Source: Tubulanus polymorphus (taxonomy: Eukaryota; Animalia; Nemertea). From it: a stretch of DNA of 64,000 nucleotides. The position numbers and the translations under genes are program-made. The number at the start of each line of letters is the position of its first letter. Position 1 is the stretch's first letter. This document shows positions 52,851 through 64,000 of this stretch, piece after piece. The DNA lies in assembly GCF_964204645.1 (NCBI RefSeq), contig NC_134031.1:21211910-21275909 (forward strand), written 5' to 3'. The notes under the pieces are model-generated. The model did no database searches, was not told where the DNA came from, and saw only the letters and a program-made list of their open reading frames with translations.

Positions 52851-53456
52851 ATACAATACGGAGAAAATGTTTTATAGGAGGTTTTTAGTGAATAAATGGA
52901 ATATTTTCAATCGAAATGTGATAAAAATATTGCTATTTTGCGAATGGATTTCATGAAAATTCTTAGACTGGACACGGAATTAAATTTACTTCAAAACGTG
53001 GGATTGGATGAACTTAAATAATCACTGGATCCACGTCGGAATCTGAGAAAACGTTGCAGTTGTGTAAGTAAGTTTTTTTTGTATCAACGATGGATTTATC
53101 ATTCTATACTTTAGGGATATGTTTTTCTTGAACAATATTTAGAAAGTAAGGTAAAGTTTGAAATTTGCTCGTTACAAAATGCAACTTAAATTTACTAACG
53201 ACTGGACTAATTTGACCCAACAATCAATATAGTGCTTTATGCATAAATTCAGCGCGATATTTCTCTTTAAAAAACCTCAGTCATCCTCATTAATCTGGGT
53301 GTCTAGTTGACTGATACAAATTACGTAACAGTAAAACAACAAACTGCGTTACGATGATGAACTGTGTTTTTATGTCGGTTTGATAGTTTATACGAGTTGA
53401 ATTTACATAAATAGATTATTAGGAATTAAACTCAGGAATATTTTGAGAGAGACTCA

Positions 53457-53645
53457 GTAAGAGAGCGGTTCTGCATTAGAGACACAGGGCGGGGTAAGAG
53501 AGCGGTGCCGCATTAGAGACACAGGGCGGGGTAAGAGAGCGGTGCCGCATTAGAGACACAGGGCGGGGTAAGAGAGCGGTGCCGCATTATAGACACAGGG
53601 CGGGGTAAGAGAGCGGTGCCGCACTATAGACACAGGGCGGGGTAA
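53457..53645. repeat. 37-bp minisatellite, 5 units
   Basis: Unit GTAAGAGAGCGGTGCCGCATTAGAGACACAGGGCGGG. Confidence 0.95.
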
Positions 53646-56432
53646 GCTGTGTTTTAGGTCGCGCTCTATTATCAACTACATCTCATTTTGCTGATAATCA
53701 CTGATCAGCTCTTACAATAACTCAGTATACTAGTTTGATTCTTGATATAAAGAAAAGTCGAGGGCAGTAGGGATTTGTACTGGTATCAGGGGTAGATAGC
53801 AGATTGCAGAACTAGTTTCACTCGTTTCAGTATGAATCAGTTATGACAAAATGAGACAATTTGTAGACTGCGTTATGTTTTCCAGGGTTTGATTAGCTTA
53901 AAGTTGTATGATCGACAAATTGGTTACACATATTAATTTACTGATCTAAAGTTTATACATTGGTTAAATGGGACATTCGAAATAAATTCAAGTTAAATGA
54001 TTTTCAACTAATAAAGCTACGATAGCGGTGTTGCATTAGTTCATCACGCAGGAACCTGTCACAAAATCATACACAGATACATTCAGTATTAAAACGGTCC
54101 AGTTTGAGATGATATTGATATTGTATTGTTAATGATTTGCGTATAGTGACCTGCATTGAGTTTACGATGTAAAGAAGATGATTTATAGTCTCGTGAAATG
54201 TGTCAAATGTCATTGTTTATTGTTCTCGGACAATACGATACAAATGCCTACGTGATGCGCGTTCAAACGGTTTCATCCAGTTTAGATATTCATATTTTGT
54301 ATCAGTTAGCCAAACACCGACGAGTATGACTAACTTTGTATCCAATCACTGACGAGTATGACTAATTATGCGTCGAATCATTGATGAGGATGTTTTGGAA
54401 GCTGGACCCGGTGTTGGCGGCGCCGACGCCTCATGAAAATATAAATTAATCATTAAAATTCAAATTTCAAGTTAAATCAATTGCTATAAGATATTTCTAT
54501 AGTATCTGATTTATACTGATACATACTTCATACAGTTCGGAATGGATTGATTTCAGCAGAGCCGCGCAGTTTATAGAGCGAAGATGGATTATGACCAGTG
54601 ACCCAATAGTTAGATAATATGAAATATGAAGCTTCATTGTGTTCGACCATTCTTGTCGTTCGTTGTGTCCAGCACAGATTATTACATCTGGGTGTCAAGT
54701 GTACATTATTCATATGACTGTCGGACTTAGAGGTGCTCGCACGTCATGACTACAGTAAAAATCAGACATTTTAACATACCTACCTCTTGTGAACATATAT
54801 ACGGATTTATTCTGAATGGAATCGATTAATATGACCTGTTCTCAAAAACTGTGAACTGTTACTGGAAACTAAATTTCTTATTCAGGATTCCGGCACGTTA
54901 TTGAAAACACAAGGATTCAAATTGACTCAAAGATTATCATTGGATTCAACACACACAGGATTGGATAAACTGTAAGTTAGAAAAAAATTAACAGCTGAAA
55001 TTATGTTTTATAGGTTTAGTTAGTTATTAGGAACTTACTCGGTGAGTTAGTAAGTTATAGTATTACATGGAAATATAATGGGTTAATTTAAGTGATGAAA
55101 TTAGGGTGCTATGCGTGGTGTCCTGGGAGTTCTCAGTTGGAGGAAGCTGTTTGTTTATTCTGATGCTTAATATCTTAATTTCAGGATCCTGTATTTCATG
55201 CTTCTTTTTTTCCAGGGTTTCTCTCTATTCTATTTCCAGGTGTTTTTCTTTTTTTCAGAATTTCGGTTTTTTAAATCTATTGCTTTACTAGACAACGCCT
55301 ATTATGTAAATAAATTATTTGAAATAAACATGACAATTTCAGGGTCATCGCTGAGACAAGACCCCAGAGGACTAGGCCACAGAGTACGTGTCTTCACCCC
55401 CAGCACACAAAAGAGTGGTCCGATTCAGGTGCGGCCTGTATATTCTATTTCAGTGAAAAGACCAAGACCCCCTAGTCACAGAAGATTGAAACTGAAGTTG
55501 AATGATGATGACAGAGTGACTGAAGAACTCCGGTGCGACCTGTATAACATGTCTCTATTTCAGTATCCCCCTCCCTAACCCCTAAACCCGAGCCCGAATA
55601 GGTAGGCCGAATATATATAGGTTAGGTTAGAATAGTTAGTTGATAAATCTGTGAATTGAAACATAATTTCAGCTGTTGATATAAAATGCAGTTGTAATTT
55701 CAAGTGGAACCTTTTAACAATAAAAAGTTGCATTTATTTACAATGAACTGGATTGAAAATGTTTGACAGTTTGTGAGTTAAGTGTGATTTGATTAAGATG
55801 AAGAGTTGAACTGTTGAACTCTACTTCTTATAAAATACAAATGACATTTACTTACGTACAACTGGTTTCAGGTTCAGACAGCACCCACCCCACCCGGTCG
55901 GGTCCTATTCCTGTGGTACCTGGGTTTCTGGTTTATTTGGTTGAATTAATTTACTGATTTTGGTCGCGCTGTTTTTGATGTCGATATTTCTCGCGTATAT
56001 TTTTAGAAGACGCAGTTTGTAATGTTGAAGTTTAGTTTAATTGATGATTCAAATCATTGAATAATTATATATTTAAATAATCCACACCTTGTTATTTTGA
56101 GGTCTCCTCTCAAATTAATCTCGTAATAGCAGCGGTTGTTTTCGTACCATTGAACATCAGTGTTTTATTGCAAACATAGAAATTCATTACATGAAACAGA
56201 ATTAGAGTCAACAATTTATTACTATTATTCTATAGATTATAAATGTTGGATGTGGCTCGACCTTTTAAGTCATCATTTCAAAGTCATTTCGTGCTGTTTG
56301 ATTTTTCTCACGGCAAGTCTAGGTAGGTAGGTCTCTGCCAATTGTAATTTTACGGGGTCAGTTACTCCAATTTCACGACCCTCTTATTGTATTAAAGAAG
56401 TTTCAAAATTCACGATAAACAATAGATTCTCA

Positions 56433-59400
56433 GAATCAGAATTTTCTGGCTGCTTTTGGTTCTGAAGATGATGAATTCTATCTTAATTGATGGGTTAAGG
56501 CGTATTGAACTGATTTCAAATAGATAGGTTGAAAGAACCAGAATTTTCTGGCTGCTTTTGGTTCTGAAGATGATGGATTCAATCTGAAAAGATGGGTTAA
56601 GGCGTATTGAACTGATTTCAAATAGATAGGTGGAAAGATTCAGAATTTTCTGGGTACTTATGCTCCTGAAGATGATGGACTCGATCTGAAATGATAGGTT
56701 AAGGTAAACTGAACTGATTTCGAGTAGATGGACTGAAAGATACAGATTTTTCTTGCAAAGTAGGGTCCTAAAGATGATGAGTTCTATCTTAATTGATTGG
56801 TTAGGGTGTACTGAACTGATTTCAAATAGATAGGTGGAAAGATTAAGAATTTTCTGGCTATTTATGCTCCTGAAGATGATGGACTCGATCTGAAACGATA
56901 GGTTAAGGTAAACTGAACTGATTTCGTGTAGATGGACTGAAAGATACAGATTTTTCTTGCAAAATAGGGTCCTAAAGATGATGAATTCTATCTTAATTGA
57001 TGGGTTAGGGTGTACTGAACTGATTTCAAATAGATAGGTTGAAAGAATCAGAATTTTCTGGCTGCTTTTGGGTCTGAAGATGATGGATTCAATCTGAAAA
57101 AGTGTGTTAAGGCGTATTGAACTGATTTCAAATAGATAGGTGGAAAGATTAAGAATTTTCTGGCTATTTATGCTCCTGAAGATGATGGACTCGATCTGAA
57201 ATGATAGGTTAAGGTAAACTGAACTGATTTCGAGTAGATGGACTGAAAGATACAGATTTTTCTTGCAAAATAGGGTCCTAAAGATGATGAGTTCTATCTT
57301 AATTGATGGGGTAGGGTGTACTGAACTGATTTCAAATAGATAGGTTTAAAGAATCAGAATTTTCTGGCTGCTTTTGGTTCTGAAGATGATGGATTCAATC
57401 TGAAAAGATGTGTTAAGGCGTATTGAACTGATTTCAAATAGATAGGTGGAAAGAATCAGAATTTTCTGGCTGCTTTTGGTTCTGAAGATGATGGACTCAA
57501 TCTGAAAAGATGGGCTAAGGCGTATTGAACTGATTTCAAATAGATAGGTGGAAAGATTAAGAATTTTCTGGCTATTTATGCTCCTGAAGATGATGGACTC
57601 GATCTGAAATGATAGGTTAAGGTAAACTGAACTGATTTCGAGTAGATGGACTGAAAGATACAGATTTTTCTTGCAAAATAGGGTCCTAAAGATGATGAAT
57701 TCTATCTTAATTGATGGGTTAGGGTGTACTGAACTGATTTCAAATAGATAGGTTGAAAGAATCAGAATTTTCTGGCTGCTTTTGGGTCTGAAGATGATGG
57801 ATTCAATCTGAAAAAGTGTGTTAAGGCGTATTGAACTGATTTCAAATAGATAGGTGGAAAGATTAAGAATTTTCTGGCTATTTATGCTCCTGAAGATGAT
57901 GGACTCGATCTGAAATGATAGGTTAAGGTAGACTGAACTGATTTCGAGTAGATGGACTGAAAGATACAGATTTTTCTTGCAAAATAGGGTCCTAAAGACG
58001 ATGAATTCTATCTTAATTGATGGGTTAGGGTGAACTGAACTGATTTCAAATAGATGGGTGGAAAGAATCAGAATTTTCTGGCTGCCTTTGGTTCTGAAGA
58101 TGATGGACTCAATCTGAAAAGATGGGCTGAGGCGTATTGAACTGATTTCAAATAGATAGGTGGAAAGATTAAGAATTTTCTGGCTATTTATGCTCCTGAA
58201 GATGATGGACTCGATCTGAAATGATAGGTTAAGGTAAACTGAACTGATTTCGAGTAGATGGACTGAAAGATACAGATTTTTCTTGCAAAATAGGGTCCTA
58301 AAGATGATGAATTCTATCTTAATTGATGGGTAAGGGTGTACTGAACTGATATCAAATAGATAGGTTGAAAGAATCAGAATTTTCTGGCTGCCTTTGGTTC
58401 TGAAGATGATGGATTCAATCTGAAAAGATGGGTTAAGGCGTATTGAACTGATTTCAAATAGATAGGTGGAAAGATTAAGAATTTTCTGGCTATTTATGCT
58501 CCTGAAGATGATGGACTCGATCTGAAATGATAGGTTAAGGTAGACTGAACTGATTTCGAGTAGATGGATTGAAAGATACAGATTTTTCTTGCAAAATAGG
58601 GTCCTAAAGATGATGAGTTCTATCTTAATTGATGGGGTAGGGTGTACTGAACTGATTTCAAATAGATAGGTTTAAAGAATCAGAATTTTCTGGCTGCTTT
58701 TGGTTCTGAAGATGATGGATTCAATCTGAAAAGATGTGTTAAGGCGTATTGAACTGATTTCAAATAGATAGGTGGAAAGAATAAGAATTTTCTGGCTGCT
58801 TTTGGTTCTGAAGATGATGGACTCAATCTGAAAAGATGGGCTAAGGCGTATTGAACTGATTTCAAATAGATAGGTGGAAAGATTAAGAATTTTCTGGCTA
58901 TTTATGCTCCTGAAGATGATGGACTCGATCTGAAATGATAGGTTAAGGTAAAGTGAACTGATTTCGAGTAGATGGACTGAAAGATACAGATTTTTCTTGC
59001 AAAATAGGGTCCTAAAGATGATGAATTCTATCTTAATTGATGGGTTAGGGTGTACTGAACTGATTTCAAATAGATAGGTTGAAAGAATCAGAATTTTCTG
59101 GCTGCTTTTGGTTCTGAAGATGATGGATTCAATCTGAAAAGATTTGTTAAGGCGTATTGAACTGATTTCAAATAGATAGATGGAAAGATTAAGAATTTTC
59201 TGGCTATTTATGCTCCTGAAGATGATGGACTCGTTCTGAAATGATAGGTTAGGTAGACTGAACTGATTTCGAGTAGATGGACTGAAAGATACAGATTTTT
59301 CTTGCAAAATAGGGTCCTAAAGATGATGAGTTCTATCTTAATTGATGGGTTAGGGTGTACTGAACTGATTTCAAATAGATAGGTGGAAAGATTAAGAATT

Positions 59401-62400
59401 TTCTGGTTATTTATGCTCCTGAAGATGATGGACTCGATCTGAAATGATAGGTTAAGGTAAACTGAACTGATTTCGAGTAGATGGACTGAAAGATACAGAT
59501 TTTTCTTGCAAAATAGGGTCCTAAAGATGAAGAGTTCTATCTTAATTGATGGGTTAGGGTGTACTGAACTGATTTCAAATAGATAGGTGGAAAGATTAAG
59601 AATTTTCTGGCTATTTATGCTCCTGAAGATGATGGACTCGATCTGAAATGATAGGTTAAGGTAAACTGAACTGATTTCGAGTAGATGGACTGAAAGATAC
59701 AGATTTTTCTTGCAAAATAGGGTCCTAAAGATGATGAATTCTATCTTAATTGATGGGTTAGGGTGTACTGAACTGATTTCAAATAGATAGGTTGAAAGAA
59801 TCAGATTTTTCTGGCTGCCTTTGGTTCTGAAGATGATGGACTCAATCTGAAAAGATGGGCTAAGGCGAATTGAACTGATTTCAAATAGATAGGTGGTAAG
59901 ATTAAGAATTTTCTGGCTGTTTATGCTCCTGAAGATGATGGACTCGATCTGAAATGATAGGTTAAGGTAAACTGAACTGATTTCGAGTAGATGGACTGAA
60001 AGATACAGATTTTTCTTGCAAAATAGGGTCCTAAAGATGATGAATTCTATCTTAATTGATGGGTTAGGGTGTACTGAACTGATTTCAAATAGATAGGTTT
60101 AAAGAATCAGAATTTTCTGGCTGCTTTTGGTTCTGAAGATGATGGATTCAATCTGAAAAGATGTGTTAAGGCGTATTGAACTGATTTCAAATAGATAGGT
60201 GGAAAGAATCAGAATTTTCTGGCTGCCTTTGGTTCTGAAGATGATGGACTCAATCTGAAAAGATGGGCTAAGGCGTATTGAACTGATTTCAAATAGATAG
60301 GTGCAAAGATTAAGAATTTTCTGGCTATTTATGCTCCTGAAGATGATGGACTCGATCTGAAATGATAGGTTAAGGTAAACTGAACTGATTTCGAGTAGAT
60401 GGACTGAAAGATACAGATTTTTCTTGCAAAATAGGGTCCTAAAGATGATGAATTCTATCTTAATTGATGGGTTAGGGTGTACTGAACTGATTTCAAATAG
60501 ATAGGTTGAAAGAATCAGAATTTTCTGGCTGCTTTTGGGTCTGAAGATGATGGATTCAATCTGAAAAAGTGTGTTAAGGCGTATTGAACTGATTTCAAAT
60601 AGATAGGTGGAAAGATTAAGAATTTTCTGGCTATTTATGCTCCTGAAGATGATGGACTCGATCTGAAATGATAGGTTAAGGTAGACTGAACTGATTTCGA
60701 GTAGATGGACTGAAAGATACAGATTTTTCTTGCAAAATAGGGTCCTAAAGACGATGAATTCTATCTTAATTGATGGGTTAGGGTGAACTGAACTGATTTC
60801 AAATAGATGGGTGGAAAGAATCAGAATTTTCTGGCTGCCTTTGGTTCTGAAGATGATGGACTCAATCTGAAAAGATGGGCTGAGGCGTATTGAACTGATT
60901 TCAAATAGATAGGTGGAAAGATTAAGAATTTTCTGGCTATTTATGCTCCTGAAGATGATGGACTCGATCTGAAATGATAGGTTAAGGTAAACTGAACTGA
61001 TTTCGAGTAGATGGACTGAAAGATACAGATTTTTCTTGCAAAATAGGGTCCTAAAGATGATGAATTCTATCTTAATTGATGGGTAAGGGTGTACTGAACT
61101 GATTTCAAATAGATAGGTTGAAAGAATCAGAATTTTCTGGCTGCTTTTGGTTCTGAAGATGATGGATTCAATCTGGAAAGATGTGTTAAGGCGTATTGAA
61201 CTGATTTCAAATAGATAGGTGGAAAGATTAAGAATTTTCTGGCTATTTATGCTCCTGAAGATGATGGACTCGATCTGAAATGATAGGTTAGGTAAACTGA
61301 ACTGATTTCGAGCAGATGGACTGAAAGATACAGATTTTTCTTGCAAAATAGGGTCCTAAAGATGATGAATTCTATCTTAATTGATGGGTTAGGGTGTACT
61401 GAACTGATTTCAAATAGATAGGTGGAAAGAATCAGAATTTTCTGGCTGCCTTTGGTTCTGAAGATGATGTACTCAATCTGAAAAGATGGGCTAAGGCGTA
61501 TTGAACTGATTTCAAATAGATAGGTGGAAAGATTAAGAATTTTCTGGCTATTTATGCTCCTGAAGATGATGGACTCGATCTGAAATGATAGGTTAAGGTA
61601 AACTGAACTGATTTCGAGTAGATGGACTGAAAGATACAGATTTTTCTTGCAAAATAGGGTCCTAAAGATGATGAATTCTATCTTAATTGATGGGTTAGGG
61701 TGAACTGAACTGATTTCAAATAGATAGGTTGAAAGAATCAGAATTTTCTGGCTGCTTTTGGTTCTGAAGATGATGGATTCAATCTGAAAAGATGTGTTAA
61801 GGCGTATTGAACTGATTTCAAATAGATAGGTGGAAAGATTAAGAATTTTCTGGCTATTTATGCTCCTGAAGATGATGGACTCGATCTGAAATGATAGGTT
61901 AAGGTAGACTGAACTGATTTCGAGTAGATGGACTGAAAGATACAGATTTTTCTTGCAAAATAGGGTCCTATAGATGATGAGTTCTATCTTAATTGATGGG
62001 TTAGGGTGTACTGAACTGATTTCAAATAGATAGGTGGAAAGATTAAGAATTTTCTGGCTATTTATGCTCCTGAAGATGATGGACTCGACCTGAAATGATA
62101 GGTTAAGGTAAACTGAACTGATTTCGAGCAGATGAACTGAAAGATACAGATTTTTCTTGCAAAATAGGGTCCTAAAGATGATGAATTCTATCTTAATTGA
62201 TGGGTTAGGGTGTACTGAACTGATTTCAAATAGATAGGTGGAAAGATTAAGAATTTTCTGGCTATTTATGCTCCTGAAGATGATGGACTCGACCTGAAAT
62301 GATAGCTTAAGGTAAACTGAACTGATTTTGATCAGATGAACTGAAAGATACAGATTTTTCTTGCAAAATAGGGTCCTAAAGATGATGAATTCTATCTAAA

Positions 62401-64000
62401 TTGATGGGTTAGGGTGAACTGAACTGATTTCAAATAGATAGGTGGAAAGAATCAGAATTTTCTGGCTGCCTTTGGTTCTGAAGATGTTGGACTCAATCTG
62501 AAAAGATGGGCTAAGGCGTATTGAACTGATTTCAAATAGATAGGTGGAAAGATTAAGAATTTTCTGGCTATTTATGCTCCTGAAGATGATGGACTCGATC
62601 TGAAATGATAGGTTAAGGTAAACTGAACTGATTTCGAGTAGATGGACTGAAAGATACAGATTTTTCTTGCAAAATAGGGTCCTAAAGATGATGAATTCTA
62701 TCTTAATTGATGGGTTAGGGTGAACTGAACTGATTTCAAATAGATAGGTTGAAAGAATCAGAATTTTCTGGCTGCTTTTGGTTCTGAAGATGATGGATTC
62801 AATCTGAAAAGATGTGTTAAGGCGTATTGAACTGATTTCAAATAGATAGGTGGAAAGATTAAGAATTTTCTGGCTATTTATGCTCCTGAAGATGATGGAC
62901 TCGATCTGAAATGATAGGTTAAGGTAGACTGAACTGATTTCGAGTAGATGGACTGAAAAATACAGATTTTTCTTGCAAAATAGGGTCCTAAAGATGATGA
63001 GTTCTATCTTAATTGATGGGTTAGGGTGTACTGAACTGATTTCAAATAGATAGGTGGAAAGATTAAGAATTTTCTGGCTATTTATGCTCCTGAAGATGAT
63101 GGACTCGATCTGAAATGATAGGTTAAGGTAAACTGAACTGATTTCGAATAGATGGACTGAAAGATACAGATTTTTCTTGCAAAATAGGGTCCTAAAGATG
63201 ATGAATTTTATCTTAATTGATGGGTTAGGGTGTACTGAACTGATTTCAAATAGATAGGTTGAAAGAATCAGAATTTTCTGGCTGCTTTTGGTTCTGAAGA
63301 TGATGGATTCAATCTGAATAGATGGGTTAAGGCGTATTGAACTGATTTCAAATGGATAGGTGGAAAGATTAAGAATTTTCTGGCTATTTATGCTCCTGAA
63401 GATGATGGACTCGATCTGAAATGATAGGTTAAGGTAAACTGAACTGTATTCGAGTAGATGGACTGAAAGATACAGATTTTTCTTGCAAAATAGGGTCCTA
63501 AAGATGATGAATTCTATCTTAATTGATGGGTAAGGGTGTACTGAACTGATTTCAAATAGATAGGTGGAACGATTAAGAATTTTCTGGCTATTTATGCTCC
63601 TGAAGATGATGGACTCGATCTGAAATCCATGATAGGTTAAGGTAAACTGAACTGATTTCGAGCAGATGGACTGAAAGATACAGATATTTCTTGGAAAATA
63701 GGGTCCTAAAATGATGAGTTCTATCTTAATTGATGGGTTAGGGTGTACTAAACTGATTTCAAATAGATAGGCGGAAAGATTAAGAATTTCCTGGCTATTT
63801 ATGCTCCTGAAGATGATGGACTCGATCTGAAATGATAGGTTAGGTAAACTGAACTGATTTCGAGAAGATGGACTGAAAGATACAGATTTTTCTTGCAAAA
63901 TAGGGTCCTAAAGATGATGAATTCTATCTTAATTGATGGGTTAGGGTGTACTGAACTGATTTCAAATAGATAGGTGGAAAGAATCAGAATTTTCTGGCTG
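56433..64000. repeat. 102-bp satellite array (~74 monomers, three monomer types), continues beyond window
   Basis: Monomer starts 102 bp apart (56841, 56943, 57045); shared core AAGATGATG..TGAACTGATTTC. Confidence 0.97.

Larger units (their letters stand above)
48876..53070. repeat. Block X' (paralogue of block X)
   Basis: Colinear with 30500-35110; near-identical in the first half, more diverged in the second. Confidence 0.85.

Noticed and set aside
55088-55170. Intronic C/D box snoRNA (GTGATGA..CTGA)
   Set aside because: Terminal stem geometry is not a canonical kink-turn and I recognise no rRNA guide; similar chance boxes occur at 30169-30231 and in the satellite. snoscan or Infernal would settle it
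58672-63898. 211-, 415- and 500-aa ORFs as genes (TPR/LRR-like)
   Set aside because: Inside the satellite, start at TTG and enter the open frame only through 1-bp deletions; no third-position bias; lack TPR or LRR consensus residues

Overview
AT-rich animal (probably invertebrate) nuclear DNA. I see no recognisable protein-coding gene, rRNA, intact tRNA, CRISPR array or prokaryotic feature, and the supplied ORFs are almost all repeat artefacts. Positions 1-~53,000 are a recent tandem segmental duplication. A ~12-kb unit is present as copy A (1-12,116), B (12,117-21,337), C (21,338-28,928, resuming 35,400-41,510) and D (41,511-48,875). A second block X follows C (28,929-35,400) and is partly repeated after D (48,876-~53,070). 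Comparing copies exposes empty and filled sites of several non-autonomous DNA transposons, a 1.76-kb foldback element, a retroposon tail, and many minisatellites that differ in copy number. The unit carries a predicted minus-strand multi-exon transcript behind a YY1/CCAAT/E2F-motif promoter. One exon is a stop-free 64-bp VNTR that exits in a different reading phase in each paralogue. Its single long intron is clamped by ~190-bp inverted repeats near both splice sites, and one paralogue keeps an 80-codon spliced ORF. The unit also holds a tRNA-derived element fused to TTAGGG repeats and a B-box minisatellite. Positions 56,433-64,000 are a 102-bp satellite with three monomer types and higher-order repeats, suggesting a pericentromeric or subtelomeric boundary. 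All gene models are predictions from splice-signal patterns and need RNA evidence.
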